IMG/VR virus record: IMGVR_UViG_3300044629_000431
Coordinates: 32,001-96,000 of that record
Strand: one strand, 5' to 3'
Length of the DNA: 64,000 nt
Origin: a virus
Shown: positions 1 through 12,500 of the stretch, in pieces
Layout of the letters: each line of letters opens with the position of its first letter
Position numbering within the stretch: the stretch's first letter is position 1
Program-made: the position numbers and the translations under genes
Notes under the pieces: generated by a model
Seen by the model: only the letters and a program-made list of their open reading frames with translations
Databases searched by the model: none
Told to the model about the DNA's origin: nothing

Positions 1-1939
1 CATCGCAAACTCCACTTACAGATGGAACACTTGTAAGTGTCATTGAGAAACCATCTGCAGAAACAGAAACAACTTTGTTGAACGTTGCAACGTTTGTAGA
101 AACACCTGCTTTTTGATATCTGATGATGGAATCAGATCTAATTCCTAAGAAAGACTTTCCAGGGCAAGTTACAATACCTGCTGAAGTAATTGTAATTCTA
201 TCGGTAGCATTAAACCCTGCAGGAATTTTCCTAAACAGAGAAGCATCAGCAGAAAATGCTGTTTTAAGTGCTGGAGTAATGCCTACGGCATTTTGATAAA
301 TTGATTTGATATCATCAGTTGAATAAGATCTTAATGATTTTACTGAACGAGCATTCAAGAGTGAATCATTAATTTTGAGTTGTTCGCCAACAATAAATGC
401 ACCAGAAGTCTGTGTTAAAGTAAGACTAGTGCCTGTAGGTGCGGTTGAAACGTATCCAGAGGCACCACTGCTTATACCCTTAACAAAAGAACCTGCAGGG
501 CATTGTGATGAGTTAAGAGACTCATTTAAAACCAATTCGGTATAAGTTTGAATATCATACAGATATAAGTCCCACTCTGTCGAAGAACCTGTATATGGCG
601 CATCACTTACATTGAGTGTATAAACTCTAGCATCTCCAATGTAGGTAGTTCCTGAACCAGTTGCACCCTTTCTCTGGTTAAAGAGTTTTACAGTATTTCC
701 ACTTGTATGTACACCTACAAATGGAGTTCCTACAACGTTATTAACTCTAAGAAGATTCCCCATTTCAAAGGGAACAAGTGCGCTATCGATTGTTTGTGTA
801 TCTCTTGGTTTATCTACATCTAAAATGGTTGATGATGGGATATCAATATCATATCCACGAACATAGGCGGTTCCTGGAGATACCTTATAGCATAAGAGAT
901 CATCTGATGGTTGATTTCCTTGCTCAGTCTTTTGAGTTGATAGGTAAATACCATCATTACCAACTCTATTGTTTAATGAGTTTAATGCGTCTACTGTAAA
1001 GTTTTTAAGAGCATAATTTCCAGACTCATCAAAAGTTCTCTTCGCAAAATAATCCTTTATAATAGAATATACTGATTTGTCTTGAAGTTTTTTAATCTGA
1101 CCATTATCAATTCTTATCAGTTCAACGAAATTTTTATCATCAAAGTCATCAATATCTTTTTTAGATAATACTGTACTTATTTTAAATCTATCGGCACCAG
1201 GTGCTGCATAATTTGAAAACCCTCTTGCATTATCATTTAACGATTCATCATCACTTGAGGTTATAATTTCTTCTAGAATGTTTAAACCAACTCTATATGT
1301 TGGAGTATTTGAATATGGTTCCAGAATAACTAACGAGTTCTGAACATTTACAAACGTTCCACGTATGAAGTAAACACCTGCACTAAGACCAACTGCAGAA
1401 CCAGTCGCGGTAGCAGCAAAATCTACCAGAGTAGCAACTGTATCTCCAGAATTGATGGATGTATTTCCATAGGTCAAACTATCTAAAAGGATTAATAACT
1501 CACCATCTTCAAATACGTTTGTCTCAAAATCAGATCCACTTCTTACATACTTAACATATAAAGTTACATCTTCTACATTTTCACTTGGTGGTAAACTATA
1601 GTTTTTAACTACAGCAGTTACTCCCGAATTTTGACCTTCTACTCTCTTACCAATAAGTTGATTTAGATATAAAGAAACATCAATACCTAAGTGCTCGGCA
1701 TTAATTTTTACTGAGTAATACTTATCATCAAATGTAATGGATCCAGGAATAACCATAGATCCTTCTTTGAAAATATGACTACCAAACGACTCAATTTGAT
1801 TTTGTAGTATTGACTGTAGAGTCGTTAATTCTCTTGCCTGTATTGGATATCCTGGTTTAAACAAAACCCGATAAAAATTATTATCGACATCAAAATCGTC
1901 GAAATATGGGTTAATGTTGAGATTAGTTTTCTGTGGCAT
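1..1939 (-). CDS. Virion structural protein, VrlC/DUF4815-like (partial, runs off the left edge)
   Basis: Not in the ORF track. Manual translation from the ATG at 1939 gives MPQKTNLNINPYFDDFDVDNNFYRVLFKPGYPIQARELTTLQSILQNQIESFG, the typical N-terminus of this cyanomyovirus protein, which follows gp8. Confidence 0.85.
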   Translation of the reverse strand, partial: MPQKTNLNINPYFDDFDVDNNFYRVLFKPGYPIQARELTTLQSILQNQIESFGSHIFKEGSMVIPGSITFDDKYYSVKINAEHLGIDVSLYLNQLIGKRVEGQNSGVTAVVKNYSLPPSENVEDVTLYVKYVRSGSDFETNVFEDGELLILLDSLTYGNTSINSGDTVATLVDFAATATGSAVGLSAGVYFIRGTFVNVQNSLVILEPYSNTPTYRVGLNILEEIITSSDDESLNDNARGFSNYAAPGADRFKISTVLSKKDIDDFDDKNFVELIRIDNGQIKKLQDKSVYSIIKDYFAKRTFDESGNYALKNFTVDALNSLNNRVGNDGIYLSTQKTEQGNQPSDDLLCYKVSPGTAYVRGYDIDIPSSTILDVDKPRDTQTIDSALVPFEMGNLLRVNNVVGTPFVGVHTSGNTVKLFNQRKGATGSGTTYIGDARVYTLNVSDAPYTGSSTEWDLYLYDIQTYTELVLNESLNSSQCPAGSFVKGISSGASGYVSTAPTGTSLTLTQTSGAFIVGEQLKINDSLLNARSVKSLRSYSTDDIKSIYQNAVGITPALKTAFSADASLFRKIPAGFNATDRITITSAGIVTCPGKSFLGIRSDSIIRYQKAGVSTNVATFNKVVSVSADGFSMTLTSVPSVSGVCD

Positions 1940-1942
1940 TTT

Positions 1943-3493
1943 TTAAAATTCCAGGATAATTTTAATATCTTCTTTTTGGCGAGTATTCCTAGAGATCAGA
2001 GGTCTGTTATCTAAGTAAATAATTTCCCCTGAGCCTTTATTTATCTCTGGAGAAGCAAGACCATTTGCAAAATTAACTCCTAAGTTAATAACTTTGCTTC
2101 CGGTTGGATTGGTTGAAATTCCTGTAAACGTTTGATCAATTGAACCAGAGAACCCACTAGGGGCAGTTACTGCATTAGAGGAGGACTCGAAAGATAAAAC
2201 TCTAGAACCAGTAGAAACACCGACATAATCGGTTTGATCTAAAGCACTTTGGTTGTAGTATAGTGATCGATCTTGAATATATTTAAGAACTTTTGTCTCA
2301 GTATCATATGATGCAACATACCCAACTGCCTTTCCATTAGTTACAGTTTGAGTTATTTTTTCACCTATAGTTGGAACCCCATTTGCAGAATTAAACTTCA
2401 GTGCATATAATGAAGAAAATTGACTTTGCGTATATGTTGAGGTTGAACCAATAGATGTTGGGTTTTTAACTATACCAACTTGAGCAAATCTAGTATCTAC
2501 TGGAAAATCTTTCGTGGAGTCATCAAATCTTGCATACAATAAAACTTTATCAGTTCCTAACTCTTTATAAAGATTGTATCCATGACCTCTTGATGGTGGA
2601 ATAATTGGAATTAAACGAGCAGGAGAACTAGTCGCATTGCTATTGATAGAACCTAAGTCAACTACACCATAACTATAACCTTTACCACCAGCAGAAACTG
2701 TTGTATTTGTAATTTTTCCACCAACTACATCAACAATAACTTTTGCACCACTACCGTCACCAAGTATATTAAACTCCTGTCCTAATCCATTAGAATAGTT
2801 ACCACCTTGACTGTCTATGTAAACTTTTTTAATTTGGTTATCATTTACAGTTGAATCGCCATTTTCTCTAACTGCTTGTATTTGAGCATCAGTAGAAGAA
2901 CTCCAATCATTTGGAACTGTTATATATTCTGTAGAGTCAAACTTTACAATGTCACTGGGCGATACACTAAAAAGATATTTCCAAATATAACCATCACCAC
3001 TTGACCCAGCTTTAGATGGTTCTAGATCTGTAAATGTTGGTTCATCCTGAGAAGCATTTCCTGTTGTATTGATTCCAGAAGAACCATTATCTATGCAAAT
3101 ATAAACTTTATAATCAGAATTCAATACATAGTAGTTCGCATCATAAAGTCTACTTGCTTGAGTAATCGGAGATGGATTGTTTACACTATAGTCATGACGG
3201 TACATTTCATATTTTGTACCTTTTGTCCAGTCAATTCTTCTGACAATTCTTTTAATATTTGCAGACGTTACCTTTTTACCAAAAAGCATAGTATCATAAG
3301 TATGCGATTGGTAACTAAAATTATCAGTAGGGTTTGGAACATTTGTATTCCAAGTCGTAGATCTACCAAACCCAACCTGAGTCGGATTTGGTAGACTTAG
3401 AAAAATATAATATGAATTGGAATCACTCCCAGCAGAATCAATAAAGTTATCAGTATTTAAAATTCTAAATTGATCTGTTACAATTGCAGACAT
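1943..3493 (-). CDS. gp8: Baseplate wedge subunit gp8
   Basis: 516 aa with MSAIVTDQFR start, VYICIDNG, DGYIWKYLF and C-terminal SGEIIYLDNR..QKEDIKIILEF; syntenic with gp7/gp6/gp25. Confidence 0.9.
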   Translation of the reverse strand: MSAIVTDQFRILNTDNFIDSAGSDSNSYYIFLSLPNPTQVGFGRSTTWNTNVPNPTDNFSYQSHTYDTMLFGKKVTSANIKRIVRRIDWTKGTKYEMYRHDYSVNNPSPITQASRLYDANYYVLNSDYKVYICIDNGSSGINTTGNASQDEPTFTDLEPSKAGSSGDGYIWKYLFSVSPSDIVKFDSTEYITVPNDWSSSTDAQIQAVRENGDSTVNDNQIKKVYIDSQGGNYSNGLGQEFNILGDGSGAKVIVDVVGGKITNTTVSAGGKGYSYGVVDLGSINSNATSSPARLIPIIPPSRGHGYNLYKELGTDKVLLYARFDDSTKDFPVDTRFAQVGIVKNPTSIGSTSTYTQSQFSSLYALKFNSANGVPTIGEKITQTVTNGKAVGYVASYDTETKVLKYIQDRSLYYNQSALDQTDYVGVSTGSRVLSFESSSNAVTAPSGFSGSIDQTFTGISTNPTGSKVINLGVNFANGLASPEINKGSGEIIYLDNRPLISRNTRQKEDIKIILEF

Positions 3494-3511
3494 ATTATTA
3501 GCTTTTTTCTA

Positions 3512-3519
3512 TATTTATA
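3512..3519 (-). promoter_or_regulatory. T4-type late promoter (TATAAATA)
   Basis: Exact TATAAATA on the minus strand, 18 nt before the gp8 start. Confidence 0.8.
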
Positions 3520-6500
3520 CTACACATTAGATTGCTTTCGCAGTGCTCCAGTATCTCTTAAACCAAATCCTCTTCTTTGAATGGTTGGGAATGTACTCAA
3601 ACCAGAATCAACAGTTAGACCAGATACTCCAATTGCAACTGGTGATGAAGCTCTAGACAACCCAGACAGTTTGCCCCAAGAATATTCTCCACAAGTAGAA
3701 ATTCCAGAAGTTTGTATTCCAGTTATATTAGTATCAGACTTAACATTTACAGTAATTACTGCATTTGTCCCAGAAACAACTAGATTTGATACAAAGTAAA
3801 TATTGTCAAGATAAGACGTGCTAATTGCAACTACTGCGCTGTTAGAATCATAAAGTGAAGTTACTCCATTACCAACTAAAGTGTTCTTAATAAGGAGAGG
3901 ATAACCAGTATTCAAACCTGTAAATGCGCTTGGTCCCTGAACAAAGAAGTTAAGTGCCAATGGATTTCCAGAAGTACCAGTGGTAGTACTAATGCCAGTA
4001 ATAATTCCAGAAAAACCTTCAACAGTAGTAATATTAGTAACTTGCTCAACTTGTATATCAGGATAAGAAACAATTACTTGTGGTGGATTTGTGGTTGTAT
4101 ATCCAAAACCAGGACTTGTGATGTTTGTTGAAGATATTGAACCACCAACAATAGAAACTGTAGCAGTTGCAGTCGATCCAACTCCAACTCCTATTGCTTT
4201 TGGAGCTGCTATTTTAACAGTAGCAGTTCCAGTGTATCCACTACCAGCATTAGTGATGGTTAAAGCAGAAATTGTTCCAGCAGCAGATACTGTCGCTGTG
4301 ATAGCGGCAGAAACTGGATCATTTGCTTGAACGATAATACCATCAACATCAGTTATTGTTATTGCATAGTTATTTTCTTCGTAGTTAAAGAACTGAGCAT
4401 TATCAACGAATATTTCAGTATCAGTAGATTTAATATCTTTAATAATTTTTGATGTTGGATAAATTTGAGTTTCTAATGAATCTCTTGACTTGGATACAAC
4501 ATCACCATTTATAACCTTATCTACTTTTTGCTTAATCCAAGTTAGTGGTTTGAAGAATGTTTCATCAATTCCAGCACCCGTATAAATGTTTGTTTCAATC
4601 TTATCAGATCCAACAATATTTGTTATATCTCTAATTTCTTGAGTAACAGTTGATGGATATTCATTATTTCTGAATATTTGAACAGAATCACCTATTTTAA
4701 GAGTTTCGTTGATGTTGACGGTGAACGAATCTGTTCCTCTAGTTCCTCTATAGAAGAATACGGCAACATTATCTTCAGATCTTGGGGGATCTGCGAAGAC
4801 AAAAGATGTTCCACCTTCAAATACATATGAAGTTCCTGGTTCTTGTGCAACACCATTAATGAATATGAGAAGAACAGCGTTCAAATCAATATTAACAGAT
4901 GATGTGTCACTTGGATCAATTTCAAAACTTAGCAACTGACCATTATAGTAAAGTGGGAATCTCTTTCTTACACCATTTTGAAGATTTTTGATAGAATCGA
5001 TATAATCAAGTTCACCAAACTGCCAGAATGAGAATGAATCTGTAAAGACATCTAATACTGTCAATTCAAAATCCTGTAATGGAGCACTTAAACCTCTGGC
5101 AGTTACAAGACCAACAGGTTTAAACTTGTCGCCAATTCTAAATCCATATCCAGGTCTTGCAATTTTGAAAGAAGAAACTTCAAATAATGTTGAACCAATA
5201 CCTGTAGTTGAAATTGCTCCAACATCTAAAGTTAGTAGTAAGTTGGAACCAGTTACTGTAGTTGAACCAATTCCAGCTCTGTATGTACCAACAACTGATA
5301 AGTTTTCATAAGATGGTTGAGGAACATTAATTTTAACCGTAGATGTATTATATCCAGTTCCACCGCTGTTTACCACAAAACTTAGAGTTCCACCAGCACC
5401 AACAACCGCAGTAATGCTTGCTGCGGTTCCTGTGTGACTTGAATCAGTAATTGCGATAGAAACGGGAGATCTATAACCAGAACCAAATACGTCTAAAGTT
5501 CCAAGTCCAACCGAAACAATGCTTCCACCAGCACCAACAACAGCGGTTACTGCTGCACCAACTAAAGGCGCAAACCCAGCGCCAGAAGTTGAACCAAGAG
5601 AAACTATTACGCCACCTCTTGGTAGTTGATTTTGATTAACATCTGACGAAATAACAATTTGTCCATTTGTAGAAGTTATTCCACTAAATGTTACGCTTGA
5701 AATTCCAGTCCCAAATCCACCAAGAGAGAAATTATTTCCAGCATTATTATCTGTAGTTGGAGTTTGGAAGATATCATTCAAGAATAGAACGCCATTTCCA
5801 GTTTCAATACCAGTTGTGTTAATTCCTCTTACAGTTAATGTGTAAGTTTGTCCAATACCAGTGAAACGATCTGAAATGTCATCATATATTGTATTTGTTG
5901 CATAATCATTTCTAAGATATACTCTTCCAGTAAATGTTGTTTTTGGATATAAAATATTTGATCTATCTCTGATCTGTCTTGGATTTCCTTTTGGTGCTTC
6001 GGTAAACCAAATTTTATTTTTGGTAATATTATAAGCACCTCTATAGATTTCAACAGGACTACCATCGTTATGAGTTGTAGCAGAACTACCAACAAATCCA
6101 CGATTAACTTGAACCAGAGGGAATGTACCTAGTCCAGTTATTGGTCCAGAACTTGTAGTTCCAAATCCAACTTCAACAACATTACAATATTCACTGCTGA
6201 TCTTAAGAACATCTTTTGGTTTGATGGAAGAAATTCCAGAAAGTGCAAAATAAGTTGTAGCAGTGCTAACTTGACCAAAGTTATTGGCAACATTATAAGA
6301 AATTGGGACGAAGGATAGTGGTTTTTGTACCACGCCGTTCAATGAAATAAGACTCTTCTCTAATTTCTTAGACATTTCAAGAGTATGAACGTTACCACTA
6401 CCAACTGCTGTCGTAAACGTTACATAAATTCCAGCATTTGCATACTGCTTTTTAGTTGAAAGTCTGAACTGACTATCATTAATTTTTAAAGCATACACAA

Positions 6501-9500
6501 CTGGGGGTAAAATATTTGTAGTAACCCCAAGATAACTTTCAGTTAAACCTATTCCTATTCCTGTGCCTGCAACTCCAACAAATGAAGAACCTGGTTCATA
6601 ATACAATTCTTCTCCAGTGCTGAAGAAATGATTTGGAATGGTAAATATCCCAGTTTCTGGATTTAATATACTTGTTGTAAATGGATTAAATGTTTTGACA
6701 AAAATTGGAGTTCCACTATATCTTACATCAAAATCTAATCTGTTTGCTCTGTTTCCATTGATTGCATCATATGCTGACAACTGAACTAATGAACTTGCAG
6801 TTCCATAATCCAACTGTTCTGGAGTATTGTCATAATCATTTGTATCATAAAGAACTTCACTAAAACTTTGTACCTCAACATTTGCACCGATAGATGCATC
6901 TGGATAAAACTTAAGATATGCTTTTGAGCCTAGTATTTCTCCACCAAATGTTCCAATTCCAGAAGTGCTTCCAATTGATAAGAATGGATATTGGACTGTA
7001 TAAACATTTGTCTCATCTTGAAGCATCAATACTTGATGAACTGCACTGGTGTTTCCGTATGAAACTCTAACTATTGATTTTAGAGCAGAAACATTTTCCG
7101 TTGATACTCCAATTACACTTGTGGAACCAGAAGAAACTGTATAGTTAGACTCATATCTGGCACTACTTTCAGATCCTTCTGGCTGACCATCTGCTAAAAA
7201 TCTGTATGTTCCAACGCCAACTGCAGTTGTACCAAAACCAACAATATTTGATCTAACTAAAATTTGGTTACTTTCGGTATTATAGTATGTTACGGTTAGA
7301 ATACCTGATTGAATAGAGGAATCAAAGACTCCCATGTAATTTGACGAATTTCCTTCTGTACCAGTACTATCAAAGTAAAAATCAGATTGATATGTGTTTG
7401 TTCCGTCGTGATCTAAGAACAACTCAACATAATTCATTTTGTTGGTAACTGTATTTAAAATTTCAATATTTGCATAAAAACTATCAAAGTTATTTGTACG
7501 GTAAGATACTAATTTTACAGTAGTGCCAACTCCAACTACAGTATTGATACCTGTTAGATTTACAAATCCAACACTTTGAGTACCTATTCCATTGACTATA
7601 GAATTAAATTTATTTTTGATAATTTTGATATCATAATCAGTATCATATGGATCTGCTGGAGTAAATCTTAAAGTTTGCGATTCGCTATCACTTTTTCCAC
7701 TTAACGTTCCTAAAGGAATATCAGTGTTTGTTAAAAATGCTTTTTCTAAAACATAAGCATTTGTATCATCTTTTAAAGCAACAATTTCACTAACTTGTCT
7801 TTCCGATGATGCTGGGTCTAAAATTTGAATCAAATACTTAGAGTAAGTATCATCAAAAGTATCAATATCAACAAAAGGTTCTATTCCAGTTTCTTTATTT
7901 GAGAATCTGGAACTAATATTGTCCATTACCAAAACTCTATTGCTAACACACTTAATATAATCTGTTAATTTTTTGTTTTGGAATTTGATAAACTTAGATT
8001 TAGTTTGATTTGTCGAAGTGTCAACATCTACCGTCAAATCTATGTTATTAATAGCATCGACTCTTTTTTCTTCAGTAACATCTAGAACAATAGTATCATT
8101 GGTCGTTGATGCGTATGAGACGACACTATCAGATTCTGAGACAACTTGAGTGTCTGAGAAATTTTTCAATCCAGAAGTATGGAGAAGTCTGTTAACAGGG
8201 TTTACTAAATCTTGATATTGAATTTTGCTTCTTACGGAGTAAGATAAATTCTGATAATAGTCATTATCTGAAGTTACTTGATAAGTTTCGTCAAGTTTTC
8301 CAGTGTCTGTTGTCCACCCATAATCTTGTCTTGATGCATAAGAAACTTCAAAATAACCAGCATTGTTATCCAAACTTTGAACAGTTGCTTTAACACCAGA
8401 ATTTTTTCCTTTTAGTCTCTCTCCGACTTCTAAAATGTACGAACCAGATATTTTAATATAATTTCTTGTGCTATCAGTAACTGATAAATCTCTTTCAATA
8501 TATCCAGTTCCAGTATCAGTCAATAGTTTTTCATTTTTTTCAAACAATGCAAACTCTTGAGTTGTGTCAAATGTTGGATAGTTTCTCTTGGCGATAATAG
8601 TCGCATATCCTTGATTTGTTTTTGCCAAACCTGCATTAGTTGCTATTCCTGCAAGGTTAAACTCAACAACTGCTGGGTTTGTGTTGTAATATGCGCTAAC
8701 TGTAAAGAAGCGATATCCATAATCTGCAGAATTAAATCCTTGACCACTAGGATTGTCTTTTTCAATCCCTTCTACAAAAATTTCTTCTCCAGCAGAGAAC
8801 ACATTAGTGGTAAATCCTAGAATTGGTGTTGAAATAACACAAGTTACAATACCTGCTGGAGATGAAGTGATTGAACTAATAGAAACTCCGTTATCGTTAT
8901 CAACAGCGACAATTCTTTGTTTTGATGAGTTTAATCCATATGGTTGAGAAATGATATTAACAGAACTAATTGCGCTACCAAATAATGAACAAGAAAGAGA
9001 GTTGGAATCGATCAGTGTTCCAGTATCAGGATCAACAATAACTAAGTTTGGTGCAGAAGAGTAATTTTTTCCACCATATAGTACATCAATATCACTAATT
9101 GTGTTTGAATTTTGAATATAAACAATTGGAGATACTGCTGCTTCAGGTTTTAAAGTCTTATCGGATGAGTATTCGAAACCATAATTTAAAATTCTGGTCT
9201 TGTTAATATTTCCTACTTCTGTTGACTTAGCAACAAGGTTAGCGTTTTCACCACTACTGGATGAGAATCCAACAAACTTTGGAAGTTTTTTGTAGTTATA
9301 TCCACCAAAAATAGTTTTTAACTTGCTTACCCCACCAGAAGCAGTTGGTGAAGATGTTGAATATTTTAAAGTATCACATTGAGATTGTGTAAGTGTGTAT
9401 TTTTCTGGAGTTTTTCTTAGCGCAATATTAAATGTTGTGTTTCCTACACCAGTTACAACATAATTTCCATTGTAAGCACTATCAACAAAAGAGATTTCCG

Positions 9501-12500
9501 AATTAAATTTAACTTCTTTATCTGAAGTGCTGATGTATCCAGAGTTTTCTAAACTATAATACAGTTTAGAAGGAATACCACTAGAATATTTGAGAGTAAA
9601 TGTTGCGGTTGAGGTAATTCCAACAGTTCCTACACCTATGGTGTTGAATGTGTTGGTATTTCCTACCGCAATAAATTCATTATTAAAGTTTTGGTCATAA
9701 AATATCTTTAATTTTTTACCTTGCAGAGAAGAGTGTGAAACATTAAATACTAGATCGGAATTTTTAACTACTGGTATTTGTGGGTTAATTAAACTGAGAC
9801 TATGTTGTGATCCACCAGCACCCACAATACTGACCGTATTCGGATATGCAAGAGTAGTATCCAAATAAGTATCAGTTAATTTAATAGTATTGTCATCAAT
9901 TTTGTAAACAAAATATGTTCCAGTTTCTAATCCAGATGCAATTGAATCACTTGAGTCATAAAATACTTTATCTCCAGTTTTTAAGTTTGATGCGTCTAAT
10001 GTAATTCTTGAACTGGATGTATTAATTCCAGTTGAGTTAAATCCAATTGGATTGACTAAAATTTTATCATACTCTTGGTTATACCTTAGTATAACTGAAC
10101 CAGATGTTCCTATTCCAGTTGTAACATTTGGTTCAACATTAAGTGATATTGTATCACCAATTTTTAATCCATGAGAAGTTGAAACGGAAACTCTAGAATT
10201 AATTTTTTGAACTTTTCCAGTTACTTGTGTCGAAAGACCGGAAATATTATATTCATAATTATCTGAACCATTTGTTAAGAATGAAAGACCCTCAGTATTT
10301 GTAGTAAGACCTACAAGAGTTGCAATTCCAATATAATCTTTTGATTTGTTAATGATATAAACAGTTTGGGAATTTGAAGACGCTGGTAAGTTTACAGTAG
10401 TAGCACCTTGATCTGCTGAGCATATTAATGCAGATGCGCCAGACTGTTTAGCGAAAGAAACTTGCTGACCTGTCTTGAATGGGTGATTTGGAATGTAAAT
10501 GCTCTGATTGGGTACAGAAACATTTTTAGATACACCACCAACAGTGTTTGACACATTCGAAGACAATCCTAATGTTGTTCCAACACCTACACTTTGCCTC
10601 GAATTAAAGTATATAACGTCTCTAACTTTTGAATCAAAGTAAGATGCCTTTACTGGTATTTCTATTTTGTTTGGAAGAACATTGATTGGAGTTGATGATG
10701 TATGTGCTACTCCAGTATCAGATCTTCTTACCCTTAAGATAGATCCTTCATTATAAACATTCAGTACTTTAACAGTCTCAGATCCACCAATTCCTATAGT
10801 GAGAGTGCTTCCTACAGAAACTGATGCTGGAATAGTTGAGACAAAAATGTCCTCAACTGTTCCTGGAGAAACAACAGCACTTATATTCTTAAGTAATACT
10901 AGTGTATTAGTAGTAACACCAACTTTATGAGTTCCTGTAAGTTTGTATATTGTTGTAGATAAACCAGAAACGGTAACATATTCATTATCACTTACGGTAT
11001 GATATGGTGTAATGTATGCTTCGATTGTTTCTTTATCTTTCCAAACAAATATTGAATTTGAATAGGTCTCTACTTCTGTAGAAATTTCTACAATTGGTTT
11101 ACCTTCTACTTCAGATATTTCAAGACTTAAACCACTTCCATTTGTTCCGGAATCATCAAAGACAGTATTTTCTCCAACACGATATCCATCACCCGAATTT
11201 AAGATTGAGACGGATGTTACAGAACCTTTAGTTACAGATTCTATTTTTGTTTGTTGGTTAACTATTTCATTTGATTCTATGAAGAAGTCATTATCGGCAT
11301 ATTTTTCGCCAGCCTTATATGGGAAGGTATTTCTTACTAACCCAGAATTATTGAAGTCAAAAGTTTGATTTAAAATAAAGTTGTCAGTATTGACATTTGA
11401 TCTGTATGAATCTCCCACAAAGTAGGGATATGCTGGTGTTAATGTGCTTGTCGCAGGGTTTGTTGTGACTCCAACAAAGTAGGCATAAGTTCCATTAGGA
11501 AATTCTGGAGTTTTGCAGAATCTTCCATTATGAACATCTAAGTTGCCAGAATTTGTAAATCTATAATCATCGACAAAAAATCCGCTACCAAAAACTGATG
11601 GTCTGTTTACAACATTTGATGTATCTAATACATATCCACTTTGAATTAAACTGATAGGTGAAGATGTATTTTGTGGGTCTGAGTATCCAAAAGGTCCATA
11701 TATTGGGTTTCCATCATATGCCCAACCAATAATTGGAGAGTGGTTTACACCATTATCATTAAACTCAGTTCCTAAAACACTTGTGGAATATCCAACAACT
11801 GAATATTGTAAATTGTTTAGTGTTTCAATTAGTGTATCTTCGGTGTTTCTATACTGTTCATTTAACGTTAAACTTCTTACTGAAGATGTTAGTACTGCTC
11901 CAGAACCAGATGGGATTACATTAATTGTTGTAGTTGCTTGATTATAGTTTACACCAGAATTAATAACAACAACATCAACCAGTTTTTGATTTGAAATTAC
12001 AGGTCTCAGTATAGCACCATACCCATCCCCTATAATTCTTAAATTGGGAACCGAGTAATATTCAGAACCACCAGATAAAACTTGAACATCTATAATTCTA
12101 CCGTTTTTAATGATTGGTGCAACTTCAGCATTTTTGCCAGTTTTAATGGTAATGTTTGGATTTTTACTAAAGTTGATAATATCTGAACCATAACCAGTTC
12201 CCTGTTCATACAGATATGCATCAACTATTTGACCTTTAATTACTGGTGTTGCAGTAATTACTCCAACTACGCTGCTGCCAAATGAAACATTGACTGTTAC
12301 TTCAATATTTGGATATTTGAAAATATGGTATCCAGAACCAGTAGAGGAAAGTTTTACATAGTTTCTTCTCTCATAATTTGATGAGATAGATGCCCCGATA
12401 CCAGCATTTGCAAGTTTAAATGAATTATTGTCTGTCTTTAAAATATAATAAGAATTTGCAGTAGATAAACCAGATATTGGAGTACCAGTTGTTTCATATC